The translations under genes were made by a program, and so were the position numbers. DNA of 63,780 nt, filler included, from Folioceros fuciformis (taxonomy: Eukaryota), in the NCBI GenBank assembly GCA_049999805.1. It is 15 parts of 15 records of this genome, joined end to end, with 100 filler letters (N's around TTAATTAATTAA, not from the genome) between each part and the next. Parts side by side here need not be neighbours in the genome. Positions count along the whole stretch, not along the records: positions 22,564 to 29,155 come from JBNGIO010004873.1; positions 29,256 to 31,127 come from JBNGIO010004874.1; positions 31,228 to 41,907 come from JBNGIO010004875.1; 12 more parts are not named here. The stretch is one strand, 5' to 3'. The notes under the pieces were generated by a model. That model saw nothing but the letters and a program-made list of their open reading frames with translations. It was not told where the DNA came from and did not search any database. Below, in pieces: positions 24,170-36,960 of this stretch (positions within the stretch are counted from its first letter, which is position 1; every line of letters starts with the position of its first letter).

Positions 24170-27100
24170 GTAGGTACATAGCAGACGTCCACAACTCCGC
24201 GCTCGACCACATCTCGGATGTAGTGATGCTGGATCTCGATGTGCTTGGTCCTGGCGTGGAACTTCGGGTTAGCCACCAGGGCGAGCGCTGACATGTTGTC
24301 GCAGTGTAGAGGTGTAGGCTTCTCCTGCTTCTGGCCGATGTCGAGTAGAAAGGCCCTTTCCCATTCTGCCTCCTTGGAAGCATCAGTAAGGAACTTGTAC
24401 TCGGCTTCGGTGGACGATAAGGCGATGGATGTCTGCTTCTTGCAACTCCAGTTTATCGCAGCAGAAGATAGGATGAAGCAGTGGGGACTCAGACTCTTCC
24501 TTGAGTCTGGGTCCGATGCCCAATCGGCATCGGTGTAGCCGGTAAGTGTGAGCTTGCCCGTGCCACTGCCCTGGTAGGCTAGTCCATAAGTCAAGGTGCC
24601 TTTCAAATAACGGAATATCCTCTTCACTGCGGCCCAATGGGCTTTGCCAGGCGTCTCCGAGAATTGAGAGACTATTGACACGGAGTTTTGGATGTCTGGC
24701 CTCGTCCAGCCACTGATGAACCGGGAGGCTGCCAACAGCGTGGCGGTAAGGTATCCCACGCATCTCCTTGGCTTCCTCCTCTGTCTGAGGGCATTGGTCG
24801 AATGTTAGTTTCGTGCCGACCGCGTAGGGCGTGGACACAGGTCTAGCATGGTTGAGCTTGAACTTGCGCAATATCTCGTTAATGTACTTGAGCTGGTGGA
24901 TGACAAGTCTCCCTTCAGCTCTATTCCTGAGGATTTGTACGCCAAGGCAAAACTGCAGCTCGCCAATATCCTTCATCTCGAAGCGGGTGCTCAAGAGTTG
25001 CTTAACCTCTACTAGCATGTTAGTATCGTTTGCAGCAAGGATAAGGTCATCAACGTAGAGAGCAAGGATTACGAAACGAGGTCCTCGGGACAGAGTATAT
25101 ACATTCCCATCAGCAGAACTTTGCGAGAAAGAGATGCTGATGAGATATATATGCATGGTGATGTACCACACACGGCCACTTTGCTTGAGGCCATAAATAC
25201 ACTTGCGCAGCCTGAGAACTTTGTGCGGGTATCGCTTGCTGACGTAGCCCTCAGGCTGGTCCATGTAGAGTTCCTCGTCTAGGACGCCGTAGAGGAAGGC
25301 AGTCTTGACATCCATCTGATGGAGCTCAAGATCGAGCTCGGCAGCAAGGGCAAGGAGCATACAGATGGACTGTGCGCGCACCACCGGTGAAAAGGTCTCC
25401 TGATAATCGAGGCCTTCAACTTGCGAGAAACCACGTGCAACCAAGCGGGCTTTGAAGCGGGTTACCTAGCCTTGAGCGTTGAGTTTGAGCTTGAAAGTCC
25501 ATTTGCATGAGATAGGCTTCCTCCCAGGGGGCGGATCGACTAACTCCCAAGTCTTGTTCTGCAAGAGACTTTGATACTTGTCCTCCACTGTGAGACGCTA
25601 CTGGGAGGACTTGGGACCAGAAAGGGCTTGGGTTAGAGTTACCGGTTCCTCTGGGAGAGGGGCAGGCAATAGGGCGGCAGACAGGGAGCTGAAGTCGGTG
25701 GACTGGTATGGGGGCTCGGCCCACTGAGAAGGTGGCAGTCGATGACGCGTGCTTCGGCGAAGGCGGGATTCTGTTCCAGGGACAGGGTCAGGTGCCAAAG
25801 CAGGGTCAGAATGCGGTACCGAAGGTGGCTCTGTGTCGTCGGCAGGCAAATCAGGTGGCAGCTGTGGCTGCGGGTCGTCCTCTGGCAAGGCAGGGGCAAG
25901 GTCGCCTTCAACATCGTCAATGCGAGTTGCCGGTGAAAAAGCAGGCGCAGTCAGGTCTTCCTCAGCAGGGACCGGGGGAATGTAGGAGTCACCGTCTTCC
26001 GAAGGGAAACTGAACTGATCATCGCCAGGTGGTGTCGCATTGGACTCAGGGGCTCCCTCTAAAGCTGGATGAGAGAGCTCGAAGAATGTAATCGTCCGAG
26101 CCAGGGTAATATGCCAAGAGGCGAGGTCAAGAAGCTTATAGGCTTTGGAAACCTCACTGTAACCAACGAAGACTAACTTCTTCGCTCTGTCCTCAAGTTT
26201 ACGTCGTTTCTCAGCAGAGATATGTGCAAAGGCTGGTGAGCCAAATACACGGAGGTGTTGAATGCTGGGCTTACGCCCCCAGAGTACCTCATAAGGGGTA
26301 TGTCCGGGGACAGAGCTTGTGAGGGCTTGATTTAACGCATAGGTGGCGGCAACGATCGCCTCAGCCCAGAGACTCTGCGGAAGGCCAGACCAGAGTAGCA
26401 TACTGCGGGTCATGGAAAGAAGGGTCTGGTTCTTACGCTCAGCAACTCCATTCTGTTGCGGGGTGTACGGGACGGTGAGCTGTCGTTGTATTCCTCGCTC
26501 AAGCAGGAAATCGTCAAACTCATCATTGACGAACTCCGTTCCGTTATCGCTCCGCAGGGTCTTCACCGTCTTTCCTGTCTGACGTTCAGCTGCCAGTAAC
26601 CAATCCCTGAAGCAGGTAAAGGTGTCACTCTTAAGGTGCATAGGGAAGGTCCACGAGTACCGGCTGTAGTCGTCAGTAAGGGTAAGATAGTAAAGGGCCC
26701 CTCCCAAGGAGGGGGTATGGATCTTTTCTGAAATGTCGGCGTGGATTAGTGCTAGCACGGACTCAGCTCGTTGAGCATGTTTCGGGAATGGTGACTCTCT
26801 CTGCTTGGCGATCACACAGGCCTCGCAGGCAGGGAGGTGACGAAAACATCGCAGCAGCGGTTCTTGATAAAGGTCCTAGGAGGACATGGAGATCAACTTG
26901 TTCTTGTTGATATGGCCAAACCTAGCATGCCAAAGGGTTGCCTAACCCTCAAGAGTTGGGTCAATAATGAAGGCTGAGGCTGTAGGCTGGCCGTCGAGGG
27001 TCAGCCTGTACAGTCCATCCCGAAGGGTGGTCTTTAGCACACACAGGTCTGGGTCAGAAGACCTGTAGAAGCAACAAGAGTTTCGAGAGAATAGCACTTG

Positions 27101-28759
27101 AAAGGTGTTGTGTCTCGTCAGCTGACTCAGGGAAACAAGATTTTTCCCCATATGGGGGACATAGAGCACAGGCTCTAAGGCAAGTGTTGTCCCGTCAGAT
27201 AGAGGTAGGTCACAGGTCCCTTGCCCGAGTATGGGCAGGCTGGACTTGTTCTGCTCGTCTCCCAGAAGGACCCTTTCTCTAACTGGCCGGGTGTCAAGCT
27301 TAGAGAAAAGGCTGCTGCCGTTACAGATGTGGGCGGTGGCGCCACTGTCTAGGTACCACCCCCCATCCTGTTGTAACTGCGTGTTCAGACAAATGGTTAG
27401 AACTTTAACTGTCTTCGTGTCATCGGGCTTTCCTTTGACAGCAACAGTAGCGGTCTGGCGAAGACCAGGCTTCTGGGGTTCTCTCGCCTTCTTCTTGCAG
27501 CATTCTCTCGTCCAGTGACCCGGAATGCCACACCAGTTACAGTTGCCGGGGGCGCCTGGGGTGGGAAGAGCTTGACCCACCCTTGGAGGGAGTAGGCTGC
27601 TTTCCCTTAGGCTTACCGGGCTTAGCACGAGCTGCAAGCGCCTTGTCCGCCTTGGGCTTGGACCCTCCTGCGGCGTTAAGGCGGCTTTGCTCGTGCTAGT
27701 ACAACACTCCTATAATCTCCTCCACTGTAAGCGAAGAAGTAGAGCCGGAGGCACCGCGGGTAGAAACCAGCATAAGGCTTGTGACAAAGTGTTGGTAAGA
27801 GCCTGGAAGGCTCATGAGAAGTTGGGCAGCAGCATCAGTCTCAGTCAGGGTTGACCCGAGGGAGGCTAGTTGTCCACGGAGCTGCCGGAACTTAGAGGTG
27901 TGAGTGGCAACCGAATCAGACTCCTTCATCTTAAGCGCGTTGAACTCCTGTCGAACGCTGTAGAGGGTCAATACGTTATTCACATTGTAAGTGTTAGCGA
28001 GTTGGTCCCAGATAGCGGAAGCATTAGTGAGGAACTCGATGTTCGGCACTATGCTGGAATCAAGGCCGCTGATAAGGAGAGCGATCGCGATGCCGTTGAG
28101 GTACTCCCACTTCTCCACCTCGGCTGCGGTGGGTGGCGGAGTGGCAGACGGGTTGGGCTTAGGCAAGGCGCCGTCGACGACTTTCCAAACACCGCGGCCG
28201 ATGAGTACCGACTTCATTCGAACACGCCAGATGGGGTATCGGTGCCCGTTGAAGCGGTCTTATTCTTTAATTTAGTTGGTGAAGATGGGAGTTGCGCCGA
28301 GAACAGTCAAGGAGGAGGTGGTGGCCATGACGGTTGTCGGGTTGAGGGAAAGTGAATTCAACTGGTGAATTAGTTGATCCAGAAGGGAGTTTCCGTTCAT
28401 GGTCATAAAAACGGTCTCGAGGAAGGTAGTAAACCCTTAGCTCGCTCTTTCGATAAGTATATATATTTCATTTAGAAAATAATCCACAAGAAATATAGCG
28501 TAAGGGGGCTAGTGCCTAGGTGTGGTAACCTGGCGTGGGTGTTCCTTCCTACGGGCCGAGCTCAAACCGCCGTTGTAGTCGATAGACAAGCTCCACCTGA
28601 TACTCGGCGGCGAATTGAAGTTCGTCCCAGAGTTCCGCGGCGGGATCGTGAGCTGGTGGGGGCGTGGCAGCAGGTTCAATCTTGACGTGGGGGTCGTGCT
28701 CCACGGCGTATTGATCTTCCGAAATTCCGAGAGAATAAATTCCGACCTTATTCCTAACA
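24170..28759 (-). mobile_element. Copia B, nearly complete and degenerate (probable 5' LTR, gag, PR, IN, RT, RH)
   Basis: gag 27696-28328; CNWCGIPGHW knuckle; WYLDSGAT; LRSDNGTEF; LYVDDLIL; DADWASD; minus-strand start TGTTAGG at 28759 abuts gypsy pol. Confidence 0.93.
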
Positions 28760-29155
28760 CAAGTTTGCAGATGTATTCTCAGAAATGCAAGGGCTGCCAC
28801 CGAGAAGAGAAGTGGACCACACCATCGAGCTGGTGCCAGGAGCAAAGCCTGTGGTGAGGCCACCTTATAGGCTAGCTCCCCCAAAGAACATGGAAGTTCA
28901 AGCTGCAGTGAATGGACTGCTGAAGAAGGGGCTGATTGAGGAATCAGTATCACCTTATGTTGCTCCCGTTCTCATAGTCAAGCACAAAAATGATAAGATT
29001 AGAATGTGCGTTGACAACAGAGGGTTAAATGCATCCACCATCAAGAATAGGTTTCAAATGCTCAGGATAGAAGAGATTTTGGATAACCTTGTGGGTGCCA
29101 AAGTCTTTAGCAAGGTTGATCTTCAGAGTGGCTTTCACCAAATCAGAATTCGTGC
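28760..29155 (+). mobile_element. Ty3/gypsy reverse transcriptase N-terminal fragment
   Basis: FADVF..GLPPRREVDHTIELVPGAKP...SPYVAPVLIVK...RMCVDNRGLN...FSKVDLQSGFHQIRI. Confidence 0.93.
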
Positions 29156-29255
29156 NNNNNNNNNNNNNNNNNNNNNNNNNNNNNNNNNNNNNNNNNNNNT
29201 TAATTAATTAANNNNNNNNNNNNNNNNNNNNNNNNNNNNNNNNNNNNNNNNNNNN

Positions 29256-31127
29256 AGGCAGGTTCCCACCACTACATCATCCAGCAGACCTCTGTGGACA
29301 ATTTGTGAGTGAAGCTTCCTGCCCTTTTGCAAGGCACCAATGCTTCCACACGCCTTTAGAAGGCAACCAAAAGTAACATCATTAGCCGAAACAAGGCCTG
29401 CCTCCTCCATCTGTCCATACACAACAAGCGCCTCTTGCCCGAGTCCTTGCTGTGCATACCCAGCGATCATGGCTGTCCATGTCACCACATCCTTCGAGGC
29501 CATGCCGTCGAAAACCTGGCGGGCATCTTCCAGCTCAACACATTTTGCATACATGTCCACCAGGCAGTTTCCCACCACTATATTATCCAGCAGTTCTCTC
29601 TTGACAATCTGTGAGTGAAGCTCCCTGCCCTTCTGCAACGCACTAGTGCTTGCACACGCCTTCAGAAGGCAAGAAAAAGTAACATCATCAGCCAAAACGA
29701 GCCCTGCCTTCTCCATTTGTGCATATACAACAAACGCCTCTTGGCCGAGTCCTTGCTGTGCATACCCACCAATCAGGGCATTCCATGTCACCACATCCTT
29801 CGTGTCCATCCCGTCAAAAACCTGGCGTGCATATTCCACCTCCCCACATTTTGCATACATGTCCACCAGGCAGGTTCCCAGTAGCACATGATGCAGTTGT
29901 TCTCTCTTGACAATCTGTGAGTGTAGCTCCCCGCCCTTCTGCAAGCCACCAGTGCTTGCACACGCCTTCAGAAGGCAGGCAAAAGTAACATGGTCAGCCA
30001 CATCGAGGCCCGCCTCCTCCATTTGTCCATACACAACAAGTGCCTCTTGACCGAGTCCTTGCTGTGCATACCCAGCGATCAGGACCGTCCATGTTACCAC
30101 ATCCTTCGCGTTCATGCTATGAAAAACCTGGCGTGCATCTTTCATTCGGCCACATTTTGCATACATGTCCACCAAGCAGCTGTTAACAAACAAGTCAGTA
30201 CGGAAGCCACTGCGCAACACGTCGCGGTGCACTGTTCTGCCAGATTCGAAGTCGGCAGCAAATGCACAAGCTTGAAGGGCGGCTACAAAGACATAACCAT
30301 TCGCCTTCACTTCTGACCTACGCATTTCATAGTACAGTTGTATGGCCTCCTTCGGCTTCCCGTGCTTAGCATGTGCAGAGATTATGGAAACCCACATGAA
30401 GACACTCGGTTTCCCTACCCTGTTGAACACATCCATCGCCTCCTTTAGCCTACCTCCACATGCATACATGCGCAAGATATGGTTCCCCAAAAATGCATTC
30501 GACTCGTACCCAAGTTTGACTGTGAGATCATGAACTCGTCGCCCCACCACCAAATCCTTCTTAGCTGTACAGAGCTTTAACACTGTGTAAAACAGAGACT
30601 GAGAAACGCCAGAGTCTGACTGCACCAGAGATTCCAGGGCTCCAACGGCCTCAGAAAGCTCCCCCTGATGACATAACATGCTCACGGTTCCAGCAGTTAC
30701 GACGCCCGTTTCCAATTCTGTACGCCTGCCAGATCCACGCTTATACAGAGAGCTGCACTCGAAAGAAGAGATTCCATGGCCCATTGGATGTGGAAGTGCT
30801 GGGTCTCTTACACTGCTGCCCCTGGAGCCCATTTCATCACCTCTACGCCTTCCAGGTCCAGGATGATCTCGAGAGCTGGAGGTGGATGCAGCGGAACCGT
30901 AATCCATCTGCATATCCAAGGAGACGAGCTTGTCATCAACCCATGCTGGCTTAAACCTGTTGTCCAACCACAGCACCTCGCCAGAACCCTTACGCCGGAA
31001 GTCAGGGGAACGGGAGCTCTTCTTGTCTCGTCTGTTATCCCACCACATGCTAGGGTCCAGAAAAAGTTGTTGCCACAATTGCTCCTGCTGCTCCTGGCAA
31101 CTACCAGCATCGTCGGAAAACCCGTCC
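29256..31127 (-). CDS. PLS-class pentatricopeptide repeat protein with an N-terminal PDF (OSB-type) motif; partial at both ends
   Basis: Repeated P-L-S triplets (DVVTWxxxIxGY / VTFxCLLKAC / LVDMYAKCG); N-terminal WWDNRRDKKSSRSPDFRRKGSGEVLWL. Confidence 0.93.
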
Positions 31128-31801
31128 NNNNNNNNNNNNNNNNNNNNNNNNNNNNNNNNNNNNNNNNNNNNTTAATTAATTAANNNNNNNNNNNNNNNNN
31201 NNNNNNNNNNNNNNNNNNNNNNNNNNNGTCCTACGCCTGATCGGAGCTGGAGGGGAGCCCTCGAATCCGTCATCGAGTCGATCAAGTCCGACCCTCCATC
31301 CACAGCAGCAAGGAACCCCATCGCTCCTTCGTGGGAACGAAACCCAATGTCTCAACGACAGTGGGATAAGTGTGGCCACTAAAGGTGGAACCCGTCGGCA
31401 ATCAGTGCCCGGGGTTTTGCCTCCACATATGCTCTTACCTCACTTAATCCCATCGTATCTTACTTCCCTCTTTAAACACAAGGTTGCACCCCACAACTTA
31501 TGATGGGCATGATTCTATCATGATTTCCTCCCAATGATTCTATCTTCTAAGCTCTCGTGTACTATTTTTTTTCAAGTACATAATCGAGGTGGACACTTAG
31601 TCCATGAAAAGTAGTTGCCGCAAATTTTTTTATATATATATTTGTTTCAAAAATTTAGGATTTATACAAAAAAGAAGAAGAGAAATCCCTTTCTACCTAT
31701 AATTTTCTGTCTCCCTTTCTTTCTTTCTACCTACCTAGGCCTACACTAATTTTCTCTCTCCCATCCTACTCATACCCTAGTTGCTAAGATGCTATACTAA
31801 G

Positions 31802-33370
31802 CTAAGCGACCACTCCCTTATTTCCATTCACAATCCTTTCCTCGCTACAGCCACTCGAAGGTGAAGAGCTTGGACTTGAATAGTAGTAGTAGTCGGACGA
31901 AGGAGTATCACATTGATAAGGCTCAGGTGCAGAAGGAGAGGCATCGCTTGGCACGGGGCTGTCGTATGGGGTGCTCGGTTCATTTGCTGGTGCGGGTGTG
32001 GGTTCATCTACTATGGTCGGTGCTGGTGTTGGTTCATCCACGCTTGTTGGTGTTGGTGTTGTTGGTGTTGGTAGTGTCGGTGGTAGTGCTGTGATGCTTC
32101 CATCACCGCTTGAACCGTTGGAATTGCTTGAACCATTGGAATTGCTTGAACTAGTTGAACTGCTTGAACCAATTGAACCGCTTGAACCAGTTGAACCGGT
32201 TCCTTGATATATGGCAACATTCCAATTATATGATATAGTGGCATTGCATAGAGCTTGAATGCTAATGGTACCACTTCCACTTGCACTTCCACTTAAAGTG
32301 ACATGCCCTGATCCTTGGACATACCACGAAGCCAAAGTACCCAAAATCCCAGCTTCCAAATGATATAGATCCCACCATAAGAAGGTCTTAGAATTCTCAC
32401 AATGCTTTGTGCTGCTTCTGCACGGGGTATTCCCATCACCGCAACATGCTCTTGTAGGATGTTGGATTCCATACTTGGCAGGATGATGAATAATCTCATT
32501 AGTTGCGTGAAGAGTTGGAAGAATAACAAACTTAGCCTCGGTCAACCTATGATGGAAGAGATGATGGAGTTCAGTATTCAACTTCCTGTTGTAGGTACTG
32601 ATATGCTGATTGACTTCTTTGTTGCACCCATTGGACCTAGTGGCATGAATAACCGAAGGAGAACACCCCAAAGATCCAACATCGGCTATGATGAATTTTC
32701 GGGCCCCTTGTTTGTATAACTTGTGGATGTTTTTCACCATCCTATGAATAAGGGTTCTATGAAATTCTTTTCCTGAAATGTCACGTCTACCTATAATTCT
32801 TTGATGAATGTCATCGGTACCCACATCAATGTAATACAATGAGTGTGCTAGATGTCTGGCAACATGATGATTCACATCACCACCATCTTTGGCGAATTGT
32901 CTTGCAAGAGCTGGAATTGCTCTTCGTTCAAACAATTCCACTTGATGGTGGAAAGGTAGAACACGCCCATATTGTTTTCCAGTACTCTTTAGCAACCCTG
33001 ATTTGCCAGAAGCAAAACTCACACCTTCATGTCTAATAGCTCTTCGTGTATGAGATAAAAAGGGTTCTTGAAAATTTTCATAACCAAGATGACTTGCAAA
33101 GTAATCCACCAAAATGCGACCATTGCTGAATCTCCCTGTGGCCTTTCTTGAGTCAAACTCTTTTCCATAAGGATAGTAATTTGCTTTTGCCTCCGATTTT
33201 AAGTGGAGGTGATTATTGTTGCCTATCTCTGCCACGGAATCTCCAAAAGAGTATATGGAGCCTTTAAATTTGTGCGAAGATGCATGCGAGCTAAGAGCAC
33301 AAGTGCATAAAATGCATAGAATAATAACTTGAATATTTGTTGACATCTTAAAGAATGGGCTCATTTCCAC
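31802..33370 (-). CDS. Secreted GDSL/SGNH esterase-lipase with a Ser/Gly- and Pro/Thr-rich C-terminal tail; intronless
   Basis: Hydrophobic N-terminal signal; FGDSV, PYG, TGRFSNG, FASG and WWDLYH blocks. Confidence 0.9.
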   Translation of the reverse strand: MEMSPFFKMSTNIQVIILCILCTCALSSHASSHKFKGSIYSFGDSVAEIGNNNHLHLKSEAKANYYPYGKEFDSRKATGRFSNGRILVDYFASHLGYENFQEPFLSHTRRAIRHEGVSFASGKSGLLKSTGKQYGRVLPFHHQVELFERRAIPALARQFAKDGGDVNHHVARHLAHSLYYIDVGTDDIHQRIIGRRDISGKEFHRTLIHRMVKNIHKLYKQGARKFIIADVGSLGCSPSVIHATRSNGCNKEVNQHISTYNRKLNTELHHLFHHRLTEAKFVILPTLHATNEIIHHPAKYGIQHPTRACCGDGNTPCRSSTKHCENSKTFLWWDLYHLEAGILGTLASWYVQGSGHVTLSGSASGSGTISIQALCNATISYNWNVAIYQGTGSTGSSGSIGSSSSTSSSNSNGSSNSNGSSGDGSITALPPTLPTPTTPTPTSVDEPTPAPTIVDEPTPAPANEPSTPYDSPVPSDASPSAPEPYQCDTPSSDYYYYSSPSSSPSSGCSEERIVNGNKGVVA

Positions 33371-33469
33371 CTTTCAAATACAATATTAAACACACACACA
33401 AAACAACAAATAAAAAAATTAGAAAAGTGGAATTTTTCTCATAATACAAATCCAAATAAAATACAATAT

Positions 33470-33860
33470 CTAGGGATCCTTCAAGAAAGATATAACATCC
33501 AAGACTATTCCGCAACGTGTAGGAGGCAAGATTCAAGGCTTCTCCAAGACAGATGCAAGATCTAGGACTCGTCCAAGAGAGAGGTAACATCCATAGCTTC
33601 TTCAAGAAATGTAACATCCATAGCTTCTCCAAGATAATAGATGAGCTATGTAGGACCGGATCCACAACACCTCCAAAAGATGCAACATCCTCTATTGCTC
33701 TTGCAATAGAGATACAACATCATCTACTATAATAACTTTTGCAATAGGTAGACAACAATCATCAATACTCTACTCTTTGTAAGAGTCATGCAACATCCAT
33801 GCCGTCTTCAAGAGAGATACACCATCCACAAGTTCTTCCATGAAAAAAGACAAACAATAT
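33470..33860. repeat. Degenerate short tandem repeats upstream of the GDSL gene
   Basis: Recurring CTCCAAGA..GAT.CAACATCC motifs. Confidence 0.5.
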
Positions 33861-34417
33861 CCACGACTCCTCCAAGCAACTTCCACACAGTCTCACACCA
33901 TCACAAAGGTTAAAGACTATCAAAATAACTCTTGACATACCTCTCAACTATATTGTGGAAGAGTTGCAAGACAAGAAAAGCAACAACATCCAGCCAACAA
34001 AAAGATGAAGATGCAAGCACGTACCATATAATTGTAAGGTGGTAGATGAGATGTTGCTAGAGTGAAAGGTACACGTAGTGATAGGAGTTCCAACACAAGT
34101 CCATTATATAGGGGCCCGAGGTATCTTAATAAATTGGGTCTAACATAGTTCTCAAAAGTAGACACCAATTTATGCCCCCTTCTTGTATAATTACTACACA
34201 AGTGTGTTATGTGGACCTCACATATGTTAGCAAGTAAGTTAGCAAAGCTTTTACGTCTGTCAGTGAGGTGAATTCTTTACTTGGAGCCTAACGATCTTGC
34301 ATCTGCATTTAACAGTGAAAAAAATATTTAAGTTGGATGCTATTTTCAATTTACCAAGTGGTTTTCAATTACTTCCATGCCAAGTATTGTTATTATGGCC
34401 ATAATGAAAGGGTTATG

Positions 34418-34950
34418 TATTACTTCCACTTCCAGTATTGACCACAACCAAAGGACTGTCTATTGCTGCTTGTCTAGAATTGGTATTACGTCTCTATTAC
34501 TCTCGTCAAGTATTACTATTATAGGTAAGATAACAAGCAAAGGGTTCTCTATAACTTTCGGGTCAAGTATTACTATTCATATCCTCTATTCCAAAAGTGA
34601 TATTGAAGGTCCTTAAACTGTAAACCCGAGGAGGTGCAGTTTGGTGCTTGGAAAGTATTGTGAGGTTGCTCCCTTTCGGGGTTTACCCTAAAGCTAAAGG
34701 GAGGAGTATTACTTCCATATCAAGTATTGACCACAACCAAAAGGCTGTCTATTACTCCTTGTTTAGAATTGGTATTACGTCTCTATCACTCCCATCAAAT
34801 ATTACTATTATATGTGCAACAACAAGCAAAGGGTTTTCTATGACTTCCAAGTCAAGTATTGCTATTCATATCATATGTTCCAAAAGTGATATTGAGGGTC
34901 CTTAGATCGTAAACTTGAGGAGGGCAGATTGTTGCTTAGAAAGTATTGTG
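34418..34950. repeat. Tandem duplication of about 290 bp
   Basis: TATTACTTCCA...AGTATTGACCACAACCAAA...AAAAGTGATATTGA.GGTCCTTA occurs twice; ORFs 34377 and 34648 are paralogous. Confidence 0.85.
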
Positions 34951-35107
34951 AGAATGAAAAAAGTATCTAAAGTTAGATACTATTCAGAGTTTACCACAAG
35001 GCTCTCTATTATTTACACTAACTTCCCACAGGATTATGTATTAGTTGCATGTGAAGTATTCCTATGCCATTTCATGTGGAGTGCATTTACCGTGTATGGT
35101 GAAATAG

Positions 35108-35280
35108 GCTGTAGTCACCCTCATCCTCGTAATCGACATAGGGTGTAGCCACCCTCATCCTGGTAATCAACATAGGGTGTAGCCACCCTCATCTCAGTAA
35201 TCTAAATAGCTTGTAGCCACTCTCACCCCAATAACCGATAACCAAAATACCCTATAGCCACCCTCACCGCGGTAACTGGT
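35108..35280. repeat. 34-bp minisatellite, 4-5 copies
   Basis: GTAG(T/C)CAC(C/T)CTCA at 35111, 35145, 35179 and 35213. Confidence 0.88.
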
Positions 35281-36960
35281 ATCCGGTCCAACCATCCATG
35301 GAGATATGAATGAGGCGGATCCTGTATCTCTATGGATGGCTCATGCGCTTTCTCATCAATATCCAATGGCCATTAAGGCAAATACAGTTAGACCCGTGTG
35401 GATGTGCAACTCGATGTACCTTTATTTACATGCACATACGCAACATAGCAACATTAGTTTGTGTTGTCGTTGTGTCACTGTCGCCACAAAAATTCCATAC
35501 CCGGCTTTCCATACCCAGGAGACAAGGTTTCCAAACCCTCACTTTCAAATTCCAGTTTCAACTTATGTTTTAAACCTTTTCTCTTGCAAGAAAGCATGCA
35601 CACGTGGGTGGACGCCTAAGCAGCTACGGAGACGGGCAAGAAAGCATGTGCACGCAAGTGGATGCCCAAGCAGTTGTGGAGGTAGCCAAGAAATCGTGAG
35701 CACGCGGGCGCACGCCTAAGCAGCTGTGGAGACAGGCATCGCAGGTGATGCAATTCACAAGGGAAGTGGTGCACTTGCGATTGCCGGAGCATTTGCACAG
35801 ACGGGATATTTCAGCATATATGTAGACGGGAAGGCAGATATGACGGCGAAGCAAATGCACGGATAGTAGGCCTATGCAGACACATGATGCCTAAGCAAAT
35901 GCTCAAATAGGACACCAATCAGATGCACTTCATGGTAGGAATGTGGACCTAATTTCAATGTGCAACTATCTAGTATGTTGTTGTCATTGCTAACCGTTTT
36001 CTCAATAGCTTCCCTCACTCCTTATGCAAACATCAAGGAATCACCTACACAACATTAGCAGGATGGGGCCTCCCCACAGGGAAAATATCACAGCACGCCA
36101 CTTCACAAATTTCAAACAGCGAGTTCAATTGTGTTTGAAGATTCCAAATTTGCTTCAGTTCTTCATGAACAAGATGACTGTCTGCCTTAATGAAAATTCT
36201 ATCAGTAGATGCTGAGATGTATGTGTTGCATGCTACTTTTGGTGTCTGTGCATGCAGGGGTGGTAAGTATGGAGTGACTAACAACATATTTAAAGGTATG
36301 AAATTGCCAAAGGCTGAAATTCTTCCTCTCATTGCATGCTTCTTTGACTCAATTGAAATTGTCCCCACTCTACAGGAGGGCTACCTTTGATATTACCTTC
36401 ATAGGCTTGTAAAGGACACAAGTGTAGGGACCAACTAGACTCAACAATTTGAAGGAGCATATGTGGTGGCGTTCGACCCCGACACCCCGAGGACCCTTGC
36501 TGAGTGCCCACACCCACTGTCGTTGTAGGATTCCTTGGTTCATCCCCGTGGGCAATGTGCTAATTTTGGTGGCAAAAACTAGCAATGTCACTGGTGAGAT
36601 ATATGGCGAGAAGGGAAAGAGTGACATGACAAATTTCCCCAAGATGAAGGACTGAAGCCTTCAAAAATCAGCATAGAAGTAGCTTCACAGCCAAGTCCGG
36701 AAACGCCATCCTAGGCTCCCTCAAACACCAAAAATCCACACTAAGATGAGCATCGGCAGCCCATCTTATACTCCTAGCCTTCCATCTATTTTCAGTTAGG
36801 GGCCTAGGTGCCGATAGCATGATTTAAGCTATCCAAAAAGTAAATCTAGCAAGTATCCTGTCTAATAAGGAGGCTGTCAACTTTCTCAAGTCTTCAGCAG
36901 TAACTCAGCCTCCCTAGCCGTTGCGCAATCAGCTCCCGATCTCTCGTTGCTGCTCTCCAT

